A stretch of 37,529 bases of DNA from Acutalibacteraceae bacterium (GTDB taxonomy: Bacteria; Bacillota; Clostridia; Oscillospirales; Acutalibacteraceae), in assembly GCA_045602605.1 (NCBI GenBank), contig JAZSBX010000044.1:1-37529 (forward strand), in the 5' to 3' direction. Below the pieces are notes generated by a model, which saw nothing but the letters and a program-made list of their open reading frames with translations, had not been told where the DNA came from and searched no databases. Shown here in pieces: positions 1 to 8,399 of the stretch; the stretch's first letter is position 1; each line of letters starts with the position of its first letter. A program made the position numbers and the translations under genes.

Positions 1-66
1 ATAAAAACTCATAAGTCTGAACTTACTTCAATTAAAAATTCAGCCGAGAGGAAAGAAGGCAATTAG
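1..66 (+). CDS. 3' end of an upstream CDS (partial). Possibly a YidC/SpoIIIJ-type membrane insertase, judged only by synteny with jag.
   Basis: Frame 1 is open from the window edge and reads IKTHKSELTSIKNSAERKEGN* with the stop at 64-66. A hydrophilic basic tail fits a YidC C-terminus, and jag normally follows yidC/spoIIIJ in Firmicutes. Too short to confirm. Confidence 0.3.
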   Translation: MKTHKSELTSIKNSAERKEGN

Positions 67-67
67 T

Positions 68-943
68 TTGATTAAAGAAGCATTCGGTGAGGGCTTAACC
101 GTTGAAGAGGCAAAGGAAAATGCCGTTTTAGCCCTTAATGCCCGTTCTGATGATGATATTTTGTTTGACGTTGTTGAGATGCCCAAACAAAAGGTTTTGG
201 GACTTTTCGGCGGAAAGCTTGCAAAGGTTAGAGCCTATGTTGAGCTGCCCGATGAAAAGCCTGCAAGAAGGCCCAAAAACGATAAGAACGACAGAAAAAA
301 GAAAAATGAAAAGCCTCAAAAGAAGGCTAAAAACAATGCTCCTGCCGAGAATAAGGCATCGGTATCCAAGGAGTATGAAAACGCTGTTTGCGCCGAGGAA
401 ATCGAGAAGGATTCTCCCGCAGGCAGAGCAGTGGCTTACGTTAGCAGTATTATCGGCCATTTAGGCTGTAAAAACGTTGAAATCAAGGTTGCTCCCCGCG
501 AAAACGGCGCCGTTCTTATCCTTTCGGGTGACGGTCTCGGCGTTGTTATCGGCAGGAGAGGTGAAACCCTTGATTCACTGCAGTATTTAGCAAGCCTTGC
601 CGCAAATTCGGGAAGCGGTTATTTCAAGGTTTCGCTTGATATCGGTAACTACCGTGAGAGAAGGGAAAAGACCCTTATCTCCCTTGCAAAGCGCGTTTCC
701 GCACAGGTTATTTCAACCTCGAGAAGTAAGTCTTTAGAGCCTATGAACCCCTATGAACGCAGAATTATTCACACCGCCGTTCAGGAAATTGAGGGCGTAA
801 CCTCGGGCTCGGTAGGTGAGGGAAGCTCGCGCCGCGTTGTTATCAGCCCTGTTAAGGGCACAACTAAAAAGGCAGAAACAGCCCCTGCCAGAGCGCCTAA
901 AAAGGATGCCGAAAGCGCACCGCTTTACGGTAAAATCAACTAA
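68..943 (+). CDS. jag: Jag/KhpB RNA-binding protein (Jag_N, KH and R3H domains)
   Basis: 291 aa with a TTG start. The N-terminus GLTVEEAKENAVLAL...VLGLFGGKLAKVRAYV is typical of Jag_N. A basic K-rich linker follows, then a KH-like region (GVVIGRRGETLDSLQYL) and an R3H-like region (MNPYERRIIHTAVQ). Confidence 0.85.
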   Translation: MIKEAFGEGLTVEEAKENAVLALNARSDDDILFDVVEMPKQKVLGLFGGKLAKVRAYVELPDEKPARRPKNDKNDRKKKNEKPQKKAKNNAPAENKASVSKEYENAVCAEEIEKDSPAGRAVAYVSSIIGHLGCKNVEIKVAPRENGAVLILSGDGLGVVIGRRGETLDSLQYLASLAANSGSGYFKVSLDIGNYRERREKTLISLAKRVSAQVISTSRSKSLEPMNPYERRIIHTAVQEIEGVTSGSVGEGSSRRVVISPVKGTTKKAETAPARAPKKDAESAPLYGKIN

Positions 944-946
944 CCT

Positions 947-975
947 AAAAAAAGCCTCGTTTTTCGAGGCTTTTA
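947..975 (+). terminator. Intrinsic terminator after jag
   Basis: AAAAGCCTCG-TTTTT-CGAGGCTTTT hairpin with a T-run, immediately after the stop codon. Confidence 0.7.
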
Positions 976-983
976 ACTTTTTC

Positions 984-1012
984 TTGACTTTAAGACGTGC
1001 GTGTGTTAACTT
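984..1012 (+). promoter_or_regulatory. Putative sigma-A promoter for the riboswitch-nhaC transcript
   Basis: TTGACT (984-989), 17-nt spacer, TAACTT (1007-1012). The -10 is weak. The predicted start lies about 10-20 nt before the riboswitch P1 helix. Confidence 0.4.
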
Positions 1013-1030
1013 AAAGAAAAATAGAACGAT

Positions 1031-1188
1031 GATAGAGGTGCATTTGTTAAGAGTACCGAATTCCTTAAAAAGGCTTTGGAGTGCGGGAAAGGGACAGATG
1101 CCGAAGTGCCGTGGGGGTTGCCTTAATGCCTTCGGTGCTGGTGTGCAGTAAAATATGCTGTACACTGTCACAAACGTGGAGCGCTATC
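1031..1188 (+). promoter_or_regulatory. Lysine riboswitch (L-box) aptamer
   Basis: The conserved L-box blocks appear in order: GATAGAGGTGC...AGAGTA...TTGGAG...GGGAAAGGG...GCCGAAG...GCTGG...CTGTCA...TGGAGCGCTATC. P1 is formed by GATAG / CTATC. It sits directly upstream of a transporter gene. Confidence 0.85.
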
Positions 1189-1213
1189 CGGATTATAATA
1201 ATTTAAAAATTTT

Positions 1214-1253
1214 CCGTGGTTGCTCTATGCGTGCAACTGCGGTTTTATTTTTT
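1214..1253 (+). terminator. Riboswitch expression-platform terminator (attenuator)
   Basis: CCGTGGTTGC / GCAACTGCGG forms a 10-bp stem with two G-U wobbles, followed by TTTTATTTTTT. It lies between the aptamer and the RBS AAGGAG of the downstream CDS. Confidence 0.75.
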
Positions 1254-1278
1254 ATAAATCTTAAGGAGAGAAACAAAA

Positions 1279-2898
1279 ATGACAGCAAAGAAAATCATTC
1301 CTAAAGTGCTGATTGTGGTTTTTGTTGTTGCCTTTGGCGCCCTTTGCGCATTTACAGGTGACGTTGCAAACCCCGTGGGCACACTCTGGTCACTTTTCCC
1401 ACCCGTTGTGGCAATCGGTCTTGCGCTTCTTACAAAAGAGGTTTATTCATCCCTTTTTGTAGGTATACTGGTAGGCGGCCTGCTTGCAACAAACTTTAAC
1501 CCCATTCACACCATCGATTCCGTGGTTACCACAGGATTTATTGATGCGGTTTCAGGCACCGCAGGTATTTTCGCATTCCTGGTTTTCCTAGGAATTATTG
1601 TTGCACTGCTTAACAAGGCAGGCGGCTCCCGCGCATTTGGCAACTGGGCCGCAAAGCATGTTAAAGGTAAGGTCGGCGCGGCGCTGGCAACCTTTGCTTT
1701 TGGTGTGCTTATTTTCATTGACGACTATTTTAACTGTTTAACCGTTGGTGCAGTTATGCGCCCCGTAACCGATAAGGCAAAAATTTCACGCTCAAAGCTT
1801 GCCTATATTATTGATGCCACGGCGGCACCCGTTTGTATGATTGCCCCCATTTCCTCCTGGGCTGCGGCGGTTTCCTCCTATGCCCCTGACGGCGAGGGCC
1901 TTGCAATGTTCATTAAGGCAATTCCTTACAACTTCTATTCGCTTTTAACCTTTGTTTTCATCATCGCTTTAACACTTATGAAGTTTAATTTTGGCCCTAT
2001 GAAGCTTCACGAATTAAACGCCGAAAACGGTGACCCGTTCACAAGCGGCGCAGTATCTGCTGCCGATGATGAACTTGACTGCTCACCGAAGGGTAAGGTT
2101 ATCGACCTTATTATCCCCATTGTGGTTCTTATTGCCATTTGCGTGTTCTCGCTTTTCTACGTTGGCCGTTGCATGGGCGAGGAGTGGGTTTTTGCCTCTG
2201 CAAATTATGACCCCTCTTTAAACTTTGTTGATGCTTTTGCTAACACCGATGCCACCGTTGGCCTTCCCTGGGGTGGACTTGTTGCGCTTGTTATTATTAT
2301 GATTTATTTCATTGCCCGCCGCCTTGTAACCTTCAAGGAAGCAATGGACTGCATTCCCAAGGGCTTTATTGCAATGGTTCCCGCAATTCTTATTCTTACA
2401 ATGGCAACCTCCCTTAAGAATATGACCGGTCTACTGGATTCCGATGCTTTCGTTAACAATGCTCTTGCCAATGCAAGCACACTTAATAACTTCCTGCCTG
2501 CGATTATCTTCCTTGTTGCCTGCGGAATTTCCTTTGCAACAGGAACCTCCTGGGGCACCTTCGGAATTCTTATTCCCATTGTGCTTTCCATTTTCCCTGC
2601 AGGAAGCCTTGTTGGTACAATCGGTATGTCTGCCTGCCTTGCAGGTGCAGTTTGCGGCGACCACTGCTCTCCCATTTCCGACACAACGATTATGTCTTCA
2701 GCAGGCGCGCAGTGCAACCACATTAATCACGTTTCAACACAGTTGCCCTATGCACTTACCGTTGCGGCAATTTCCTTTGTGAATTTTGTAATCGCTCCCT
2801 TTATTGCCAACCCCTGGATTAGTCTTGGAATAGGCGCTGCTATGACCCTTGCAGTTCTCTTTGTTATTAAACTTGCAACGGGCAAAAAAGCCGCATAA
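1279..2898 (+). CDS. NhaC-family Na+/H+ antiporter-like membrane transporter, candidate lysine-regulated transporter
   Basis: 539 aa polytopic membrane protein with the look of the NhaC C-terminal family (IFIDDYFNCLTVGAVMRPVTDK, GTSWGTFGILIPI, CGDHCSPISDTTIMSS). AAGGAG RBS. Preceded by the lysine riboswitch. Confidence 0.85.
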   Translation: MTAKKIIPKVLIVVFVVAFGALCAFTGDVANPVGTLWSLFPPVVAIGLALLTKEVYSSLFVGILVGGLLATNFNPIHTIDSVVTTGFIDAVSGTAGIFAFLVFLGIIVALLNKAGGSRAFGNWAAKHVKGKVGAALATFAFGVLIFIDDYFNCLTVGAVMRPVTDKAKISRSKLAYIIDATAAPVCMIAPISSWAAAVSSYAPDGEGLAMFIKAIPYNFYSLLTFVFIIALTLMKFNFGPMKLHELNAENGDPFTSGAVSAADDELDCSPKGKVIDLIIPIVVLIAICVFSLFYVGRCMGEEWVFASANYDPSLNFVDAFANTDATVGLPWGGLVALVIIMIYFIARRLVTFKEAMDCIPKGFIAMVPAILILTMATSLKNMTGLLDSDAFVNNALANASTLNNFLPAIIFLVACGISFATGTSWGTFGILIPIVLSIFPAGSLVGTIGMSACLAGAVCGDHCSPISDTTIMSSAGAQCNHINHVSTQLPYALTVAAISFVNFVIAPFIANPWISLGIGAAMTLAVLFVIKLATGKKAA

Positions 2899-2915
2899 AA
2901 TAACTTGAAATAAAG

Positions 2916-2953
2916 GTTCACTGCCTGTATAATTAGGGCAGTGAACTTTTTTG
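2916..2953 (+). terminator. Intrinsic terminator after the nhaC-like gene
   Basis: GTTCACTGCC ... GGCAGTGAAC perfect stem followed by TTTTTT. Confidence 0.8.
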
Positions 2954-2968
2954 TTTTGGGAGATAAAA

Positions 2969-3805
2969 ATGGCTGAAAGAATTTTTGAAAAATCGGTGGA
3001 AATCCAGCGCAGTATTATTAAGCGTTACAGAAAAAGCATATGGAATCCCTTTGTTGGCGCCGTTAAGGAATACGGGCTTATAAACGAGGGGGATAAAGTT
3101 GCCGTTTGCATTTCGGGCGGTAAGGATTCGGTGCTTCTTGCTAAATGTATGGAGCAGTTGCACCGCCATTCAGAGGTGCCTTTTGAACTTGTGTTTATTA
3201 CAATGGACCCCGGCTATAAAAAGGAAAATCGGCAAAAAATTGAGAACAACGCGAAAATTCTCAATATCCCCATTCAGATTTACGACAGCGATATTTTCGC
3301 CGTTGCCAATTCGGCAGGGGGTTCGCCCTGCTACCTTTGCGCAAGAATGCGCCGTGGCTGGCTTTATAATAAGGCCAAAGAGCTTGGCTGCAATAAAATT
3401 GCCCTCGGTCACCATTTTGATGATGCCATTGAAACCTGGCTTATGAGTATGCTCTGGTCGGGGGAGGCGAAAACAATGCTACCGAAGCTTAAAAGCGATA
3501 ATTTCCCCGATATGGAGCTTATCCGCCCCCTTTACAAGGTTAAGGAGGAGGCCATTATTAAATGGGCTAAATCCAACGAGTTATCCTTTTTAAACTGCGC
3601 CTGCCGTTTCACGGAGGAATCGGAGGAGTTTGAAAATCTTTCAAAAAGGCGGCAGACCAAGGAACTTATAAAGGAGCTTAAAAAGACAAATCCCAAGGCC
3701 GATGATAACCTTTTTATGAGCATGCACAATGTAAATCTCGGCGCCATTGTGGGTTGGCGGCAAAGAGATGGTCAGGAGCTTCACTCATTTTGCGAAAAAT
3801 ATTAA
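2969..3805 (+). CDS. ttcA: TtcA-family PP-loop ATPase (tRNA 2-thiocytidine biosynthesis-like)
   Basis: PP-loop SGGKDS (CISGGKDSVLLA), CxxC (SPCYLCARMRRG) and a later NCACRF motif. I start it at ATG 2969 (MAERIF...) because GGGAG lies 5-9 nt upstream. The track start at 2951 is a TTG inside the terminator T-run. Confidence 0.8.
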   Translation: MAERIFEKSVEIQRSIIKRYRKSIWNPFVGAVKEYGLINEGDKVAVCISGGKDSVLLAKCMEQLHRHSEVPFELVFITMDPGYKKENRQKIENNAKILNIPIQIYDSDIFAVANSAGGSPCYLCARMRRGWLYNKAKELGCNKIALGHHFDDAIETWLMSMLWSGEAKTMLPKLKSDNFPDMELIRPLYKVKEEAIIKWAKSNELSFLNCACRFTEESEEFENLSKRRQTKELIKELKKTNPKADDNLFMSMHNVNLGAIVGWRQRDGQELHSFCEKY

Positions 3806-3822
3806 CAAAAACTTAAAAAATT

Positions 3823-3860
3823 ACGCTTCGTTTCTATTGCAAACGGAGCGTTTATTTGTT
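3823..3860 (+). terminator. Intrinsic terminator after ttcA
   Basis: ACGCTTCGTTT / AAACGGAGCGT forms an 11-bp stem with one G-U, followed by TTATTTGTT. Its 3' arm overlaps the miaB promoter. Confidence 0.7.
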
Positions 3861-3865
3861 ATAAT
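3837..3865 (+). promoter_or_regulatory. Putative sigma-A promoter for miaB
   Basis: TTGCAA (3837-3842), 17-nt spacer, TATAAT (3860-3865). Confidence 0.55.
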
Positions 3866-3909
3866 ATATTATTATTAAATAAAGATATAAGGGGAGGTGT
3901 ACCCGAAGG

Positions 3910-5304
3910 ATGAAAACAAACGTTAACGAACTGTCATTTCAGCAGGAATATATGCAACGGGTGCGCGCCCTTAACGCTCAAAATTTCAGCGCCCCCCCAA
4001 AGGCTCACATTGTGGTTTACGGTTGTCAGCAAAACGTCAGTGATGCCGAAAAAATCCGTGGAATGCTCAAAGCTATGGGTTATGAAATGACTGATGACAT
4101 TGAGACCGCCGATTTTATAATATTCAACACCTGCGCCGTTAGAGAACACGCCGAGCAAAGGGTGTGGGGTAACGTTGGCGCCACCAAGAACTACAAGCGT
4201 AAAAATGAAAATCTGATGGTTGCGGTTTGCGGCTGTATGGCGCAGGAGGAAAAAACCGTTCAGCGTTTTAAGAAAAGTTTTCCTTATGTTGATATGGTTT
4301 TCGGAACCCACGTGCTTCATCGTCTTCCCGAATTTATTTACCGCCGTTTAAACGGCTCGGGGCGAATTTTTGAAATTTCCACCGAGTTTTCCGAAATCCT
4401 TGAGGGTCTGCCCTGTGAGCGTGACCGCGATATAAAAGCGTGGCTGCCCATAATGTACGGCTGCAACAATTTTTGCACCTACTGTGTTGTGCCCTTTGTA
4501 AGGGGCAGGGAGCGTTCCAGAAAACCTGAATTCGTTTTGGAGGAAGCGAGACAGCTTATTGCCGAGGGCAAAAAGGAAATAACACTCCTTGGGCAAAACG
4601 TGAACTCCTACGGCAAGGGTGAAGACCACGGCGTTAACTTTGCAAAGCTTTTAAGACAAATAAATGCCCTTGAGGGAGATTTCAGAATTCGCTTTATGAC
4701 CTCCCACCCTAAAGACTGCCCCGAGGAGCTTCTCCTTGCAATGAGGGACTGCGAAAAGGTTGAAAGGCACCTGCACCTGCCAATGCAAAGCGGCTCGGAT
4801 AGAGTGCTGAATGCTATGAACCGCCGTTACACAAAGGAAAAGTATTTATCTCTTGTTAGCCGCGCGAAAGAGCTTATGCCCGACATTGAGCTGACAAGTG
4901 ACATAATCGTTGGCTTCCCGGGGGAAACCTATGAGGAATTTCTGGATACGGTTGACGCTATTAAAAAGGTTAAATTTGCATCGCTTTTCACCTTTATTTT
5001 TTCTCCCCGCGAAAACACTGTGGCGGCAAAAATGGAGGACCCCGTGTCAAGGGAGGAAAAGGGCAAATGGTTTACCCAGCTTTTAAAGGTTCAGGAAAAA
5101 ATTGCCGAGGAAAACAGCCAAAAACATCTTGGCAAAACATACCGCGTTTTGTGTGACGATTTCGGGTCTAAAGAAGGTTTTTTAAGCGGTCACACGGCAG
5201 GATGTGCGGTTATAGAATTTGAGGGCGATGAAAGTATGCTCGGACAGTTTGTAAATGTCCGTGTTGATGGAGTAAATAAAGTGCTTAATGGCACGATAGT
5301 ATAA
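3910..5304 (+). CDS. miaB: tRNA-i6A37 methylthiotransferase MiaB (radical SAM)
   Basis: 464 aa. UPF0004 N-domain (VYGCQQN...FNTCAVREHAE), radical-SAM CNNFCTYCVVP, and a C-terminal TRAM-like segment (FVNVRVDGV). Confidence 0.9.
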   Translation: MKTNVNELSFQQEYMQRVRALNAQNFSAPPKAHIVVYGCQQNVSDAEKIRGMLKAMGYEMTDDIETADFIIFNTCAVREHAEQRVWGNVGATKNYKRKNENLMVAVCGCMAQEEKTVQRFKKSFPYVDMVFGTHVLHRLPEFIYRRLNGSGRIFEISTEFSEILEGLPCERDRDIKAWLPIMYGCNNFCTYCVVPFVRGRERSRKPEFVLEEARQLIAEGKKEITLLGQNVNSYGKGEDHGVNFAKLLRQINALEGDFRIRFMTSHPKDCPEELLLAMRDCEKVERHLHLPMQSGSDRVLNAMNRRYTKEKYLSLVSRAKELMPDIELTSDIIVGFPGETYEEFLDTVDAIKKVKFASLFTFIFSPRENTVAAKMEDPVSREEKGKWFTQLLKVQEKIAEENSQKHLGKTYRVLCDDFGSKEGFLSGHTAGCAVIEFEGDESMLGQFVNVRVDGVNKVLNGTIV

Positions 5305-5329
5305 AACATTTCAGAAGGAGAAATTTAAA

Positions 5330-5734
5330 ATGACAGTTAAAGAAGCAACAAGAAAATTAGGCGCAGCAATTCAGCAGGATGAAAGATACATTGAATTTGC
5401 AAAGGCCTCTCTTGCAAATGATAAGGATGAAGCCTTGCAGGCCAAAATCGGCGAATTCAACCTTGTGAGAATGTCGCTTGACAAGGCGCTGGGTGAAGAG
5501 GAGCAGGATAACGGTAAGGTTCAGGCTTTAAATGAGCAACTCCGAAACCTTTACACCGAAATTATGAACGGCGAACTTATGACAAAATATAACGAGGCAA
5601 AGGCAAAGCTTGACACACTTCTTAATGAGGTTAACAGCATCATTATGCAGTGTGTTGACGGCGCCGACCCCGAAACGGTTGAGCCCCAGACACAGTGCAC
5701 GGGCAGTTGTTCCACCTGCGGCGGTTGCCACTAA
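5330..5734 (+). CDS. ymcA: YmcA/YlbF-family (Ric) protein with a C-terminal Cys cluster
   Basis: 134 aa helical protein of the Com_YlbF type (ERYIEFAKA...FN...LNEQL...YNEAKAKLD). It sits between miaB and mutS, as B. subtilis ymcA does. The C-terminus is QCTGSCSTCGGCH. Confidence 0.7.
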   Translation: MTVKEATRKLGAAIQQDERYIEFAKASLANDKDEALQAKIGEFNLVRMSLDKALGEEEQDNGKVQALNEQLRNLYTEIMNGELMTKYNEAKAKLDTLLNEVNSIIMQCVDGADPETVEPQTQCTGSCSTCGGCH

Positions 5735-5771
5735 TTAAAGGGAAAATCAAAAAGAAAGGGAGGTCGTAAAA

Positions 5772-8381
5772 ATGGCGCAGAAAAAAATATCACCTATGAT
5801 GGAGCAATATTTAGAGATTAAAAACCGTCATGAGGACAGTATTTTGTTTTTCCGTCTCGGTGATTTTTACGAGATGTTTTTTGAGGATGCAAAGGTTGCC
5901 AGCGAAGAACTTGATTTGGTTCTTACAGGTCGCGATTGCGGTCAGGATAAAAGAGCGCCTATGTGCGGCGTTCCTTACCACAGCTGTGAAAGTTACATTG
6001 CCCGTCTTGTTGAGAGGGGCTACAAGGTTGCCATTTGCGAGCAAACCGAAAACCCCGCCGAGGCCAAGGGAATTGTTAAGCGAGACGTTGTTCGCGTTAT
6101 CACCCCCGGAACGGTTATTGAAAACACAATGCTTGATGAGGGCAAGAACAATTATCTTGCATCCGGAGCGCTTCTTGGCTCCACTGTTGGACTTTGCTTT
6201 GTCGATGCCTCAACGGGTGAAGTGCATTTGACCGAGATTTCGGGTGATGACCTTGAAAACCGAATTGTAGGTGAACTTTCCAGATTTTCTCCCAGCGAAA
6301 TTCTTTTAACCCCCGTGCTTGATGCTATGCTCAACGTGCAAAATTTCCTTAAAACCCGTTTTGAGGGAACCGTTACAAAGCGTGGGGCCGCAGGCTTTGA
6401 AAGCAATTTTGCAAAGGACAAGTTAAGAACTTATTTTAAAACAAACGACCTGTCGTTTTTACCCATCGACCCCGACAGCGCCGCAGTTTGCGCTCTGGGT
6501 GGTACGGTGGATTATCTTAAAGAAATGGGTATTACGGGAAACATTGTCCCCGGCAGCATTTCTTACTACGTTCAGGATGAATTTATGCGCCTTGATATGA
6601 CGGCAATGAGAAATCTTGAACTCACCGAAACAATGCGCCAAAAATCTAAAAAAGGCTCGCTACTGTGGGTTATTGATAAAACCAAAACCGCAATGGGCAA
6701 GCGCCTTATTCGCGGCTGGATGGAAAAGCCCCTTATAAGCATCACCGAGATAAACAACCGCTTGAATGCGGTTGAGGAACTTTGTGACAACATTATGCTC
6801 GGCGGCGAAATAAGGGAATACCTTACCGGTGTCAGAGATGTTGAACGGCTTATGGCAAGGGTGGTTTACGGTACCGCGCTTCCAAAAGACCTTTTAGACC
6901 TTTGCTCAACCATCAGAAGATTCGGCCTTATTAAGGATGCTTTAGAGGGCGCAAATTCGGGAATGCTCAAGGGCATTTGCCTGCAAATTGACCCTTTAAG
7001 TGAAATTTGCGAGCTTGTTGAAAACGCCATAAGTCCCGAGGCGCCAAATTCCGTGAGAGAGGGTAAAATCTTTAAAAAGGGTTATGACCCCAAAATCGAT
7101 GAGGTTCGTGATGATATGGCAGGCGGCACAGGCCGCATCGCGGCTATTGAAGCCGAGGAAAAGGAAAGAACGGGCATTAAAACCCTTAAGGTTCGTTACA
7201 ACAAGGTGTTTGGTTATTACATTGAGGTTTCCAATTCCTTCCTTGATAAGGTGCCCGAAACCTACATAAGAAAGCAAACCCTTACAAACGGCGAAAGGTT
7301 TATAACCGATGAGCTTAAAGATTTAGAGGTTAGAATTTTAAGCGCCAAAGAAAGAGACGGCGCAATGGAGTTTGAACTTTATGAGAAAATCAGACTTCAT
7401 ATTGCCGACCAGCTTGAACGCCTGCAAAAAACAGCGTCGGCGGTGGCAAGGCTTGACTGCCTTGCATCCCTGGCTTATGTGGCGGATAAAAATAATTATT
7501 GCAGGCCCCGCCTTAACACCGAGGGTATTATCAGCATTCAGGATGGCAGACACCCCGTGGTTGAACTGTTGAGTGATGCACCCTTTGTCACCAACGATAC
7601 GCTTCTTGATATGAACGACAACCGTTGCGCCATTATAACAGGCCCCAATATGGCAGGTAAATCAACGTATATGCGGCAGGTTGCCCTTATGGTGGTTTTG
7701 GCGCAAATCGGCTCATTTGTCCCTGCGACAAACGCTAACATTTCCGTTTGCGATGCGGTGTACACAAGGGTTGGCGCATCAGATGACCTTTCTATGGGTC
7801 AGTCAACCTTTATGGTGGAAATGAGCGAGGTTGCCTCCATTGTTAAAAACGCCACTAAAAACAGTCTGCTCATTCTCGATGAAATCGGCCGCGGAACCTC
7901 TACCTTTGACGGAATGTCTATAGCGCGGGCGGTGCTTGAATATGTGAGCGACAAGCGAAAGCTGGGCGCTAAAACCCTTTTTGCCACCCACTATCACGAA
8001 CTTACTCAAATGGAAAAGGAACTTAGCGGCGTTAAAAACTATAATATTGCCGTAAAGCGCAAGGGCGAGGACATTATATTCCTCAGAAGAATTGTTCCGG
8101 GCGGCGCTGATGACAGCTACGGTGTTGCCGTGGCAAAACTTGCAGGTGTGCCCGACAGCATTATTAAAAGGGCAAACGAAATTTTAAGGGATGTTGAGGC
8201 AAACGGCGTCACCGTTATAAAGAGCGAGACCGCAAGCGAGCCCCAGATGGCCCTTGATATGGGCGGTCAAACAAACGAGCTTGCCGAGGAACTGAAAAGG
8301 CTTGATATTAACACCCTTACCCCCATTGAAGCTATGAGCGCCCTTTTTGAACTGGTTAAAAAAGCAAAAGAAAATTACTAA
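5772..8381 (+). CDS. mutS: DNA mismatch repair protein MutS
   Basis: 869 aa. TPMMEQYLEIK...FFRLGDFYEMFFEDA mismatch-binding N-terminus, Walker A GPNMAGKST, STFMVEM, DEIGRGTST. Confidence 0.97.
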   Translation: MAQKKISPMMEQYLEIKNRHEDSILFFRLGDFYEMFFEDAKVASEELDLVLTGRDCGQDKRAPMCGVPYHSCESYIARLVERGYKVAICEQTENPAEAKGIVKRDVVRVITPGTVIENTMLDEGKNNYLASGALLGSTVGLCFVDASTGEVHLTEISGDDLENRIVGELSRFSPSEILLTPVLDAMLNVQNFLKTRFEGTVTKRGAAGFESNFAKDKLRTYFKTNDLSFLPIDPDSAAVCALGGTVDYLKEMGITGNIVPGSISYYVQDEFMRLDMTAMRNLELTETMRQKSKKGSLLWVIDKTKTAMGKRLIRGWMEKPLISITEINNRLNAVEELCDNIMLGGEIREYLTGVRDVERLMARVVYGTALPKDLLDLCSTIRRFGLIKDALEGANSGMLKGICLQIDPLSEICELVENAISPEAPNSVREGKIFKKGYDPKIDEVRDDMAGGTGRIAAIEAEEKERTGIKTLKVRYNKVFGYYIEVSNSFLDKVPETYIRKQTLTNGERFITDELKDLEVRILSAKERDGAMEFELYEKIRLHIADQLERLQKTASAVARLDCLASLAYVADKNNYCRPRLNTEGIISIQDGRHPVVELLSDAPFVTNDTLLDMNDNRCAIITGPNMAGKSTYMRQVALMVVLAQIGSFVPATNANISVCDAVYTRVGASDDLSMGQSTFMVEMSEVASIVKNATKNSLLILDEIGRGTSTFDGMSIARAVLEYVSDKRKLGAKTLFATHYHELTQMEKELSGVKNYNIAVKRKGEDIIFLRRIVPGGADDSYGVAVAKLAGVPDSIIKRANEILRDVEANGVTVIKSETASEPQMALDMGGQTNELAEELKRLDINTLTPIEAMSALFELVKKAKENY

Positions 8382-8399
8382 AGCAAAGGAGTGAACAAA

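Noticed and set aside
5330-5734. The Cys-rich C-terminus next to the radical-SAM MiaB as a RiPP/SCIFF-like precursor-maturase pair.
   Set aside because: MiaB here is a complete methylthiotransferase (UPF0004, radical SAM and TRAM) with no SPASM domain. The 134-aa protein is a helical YmcA/YlbF-family member in its conserved syntenic position. It is far longer than SCIFF-type peptides.
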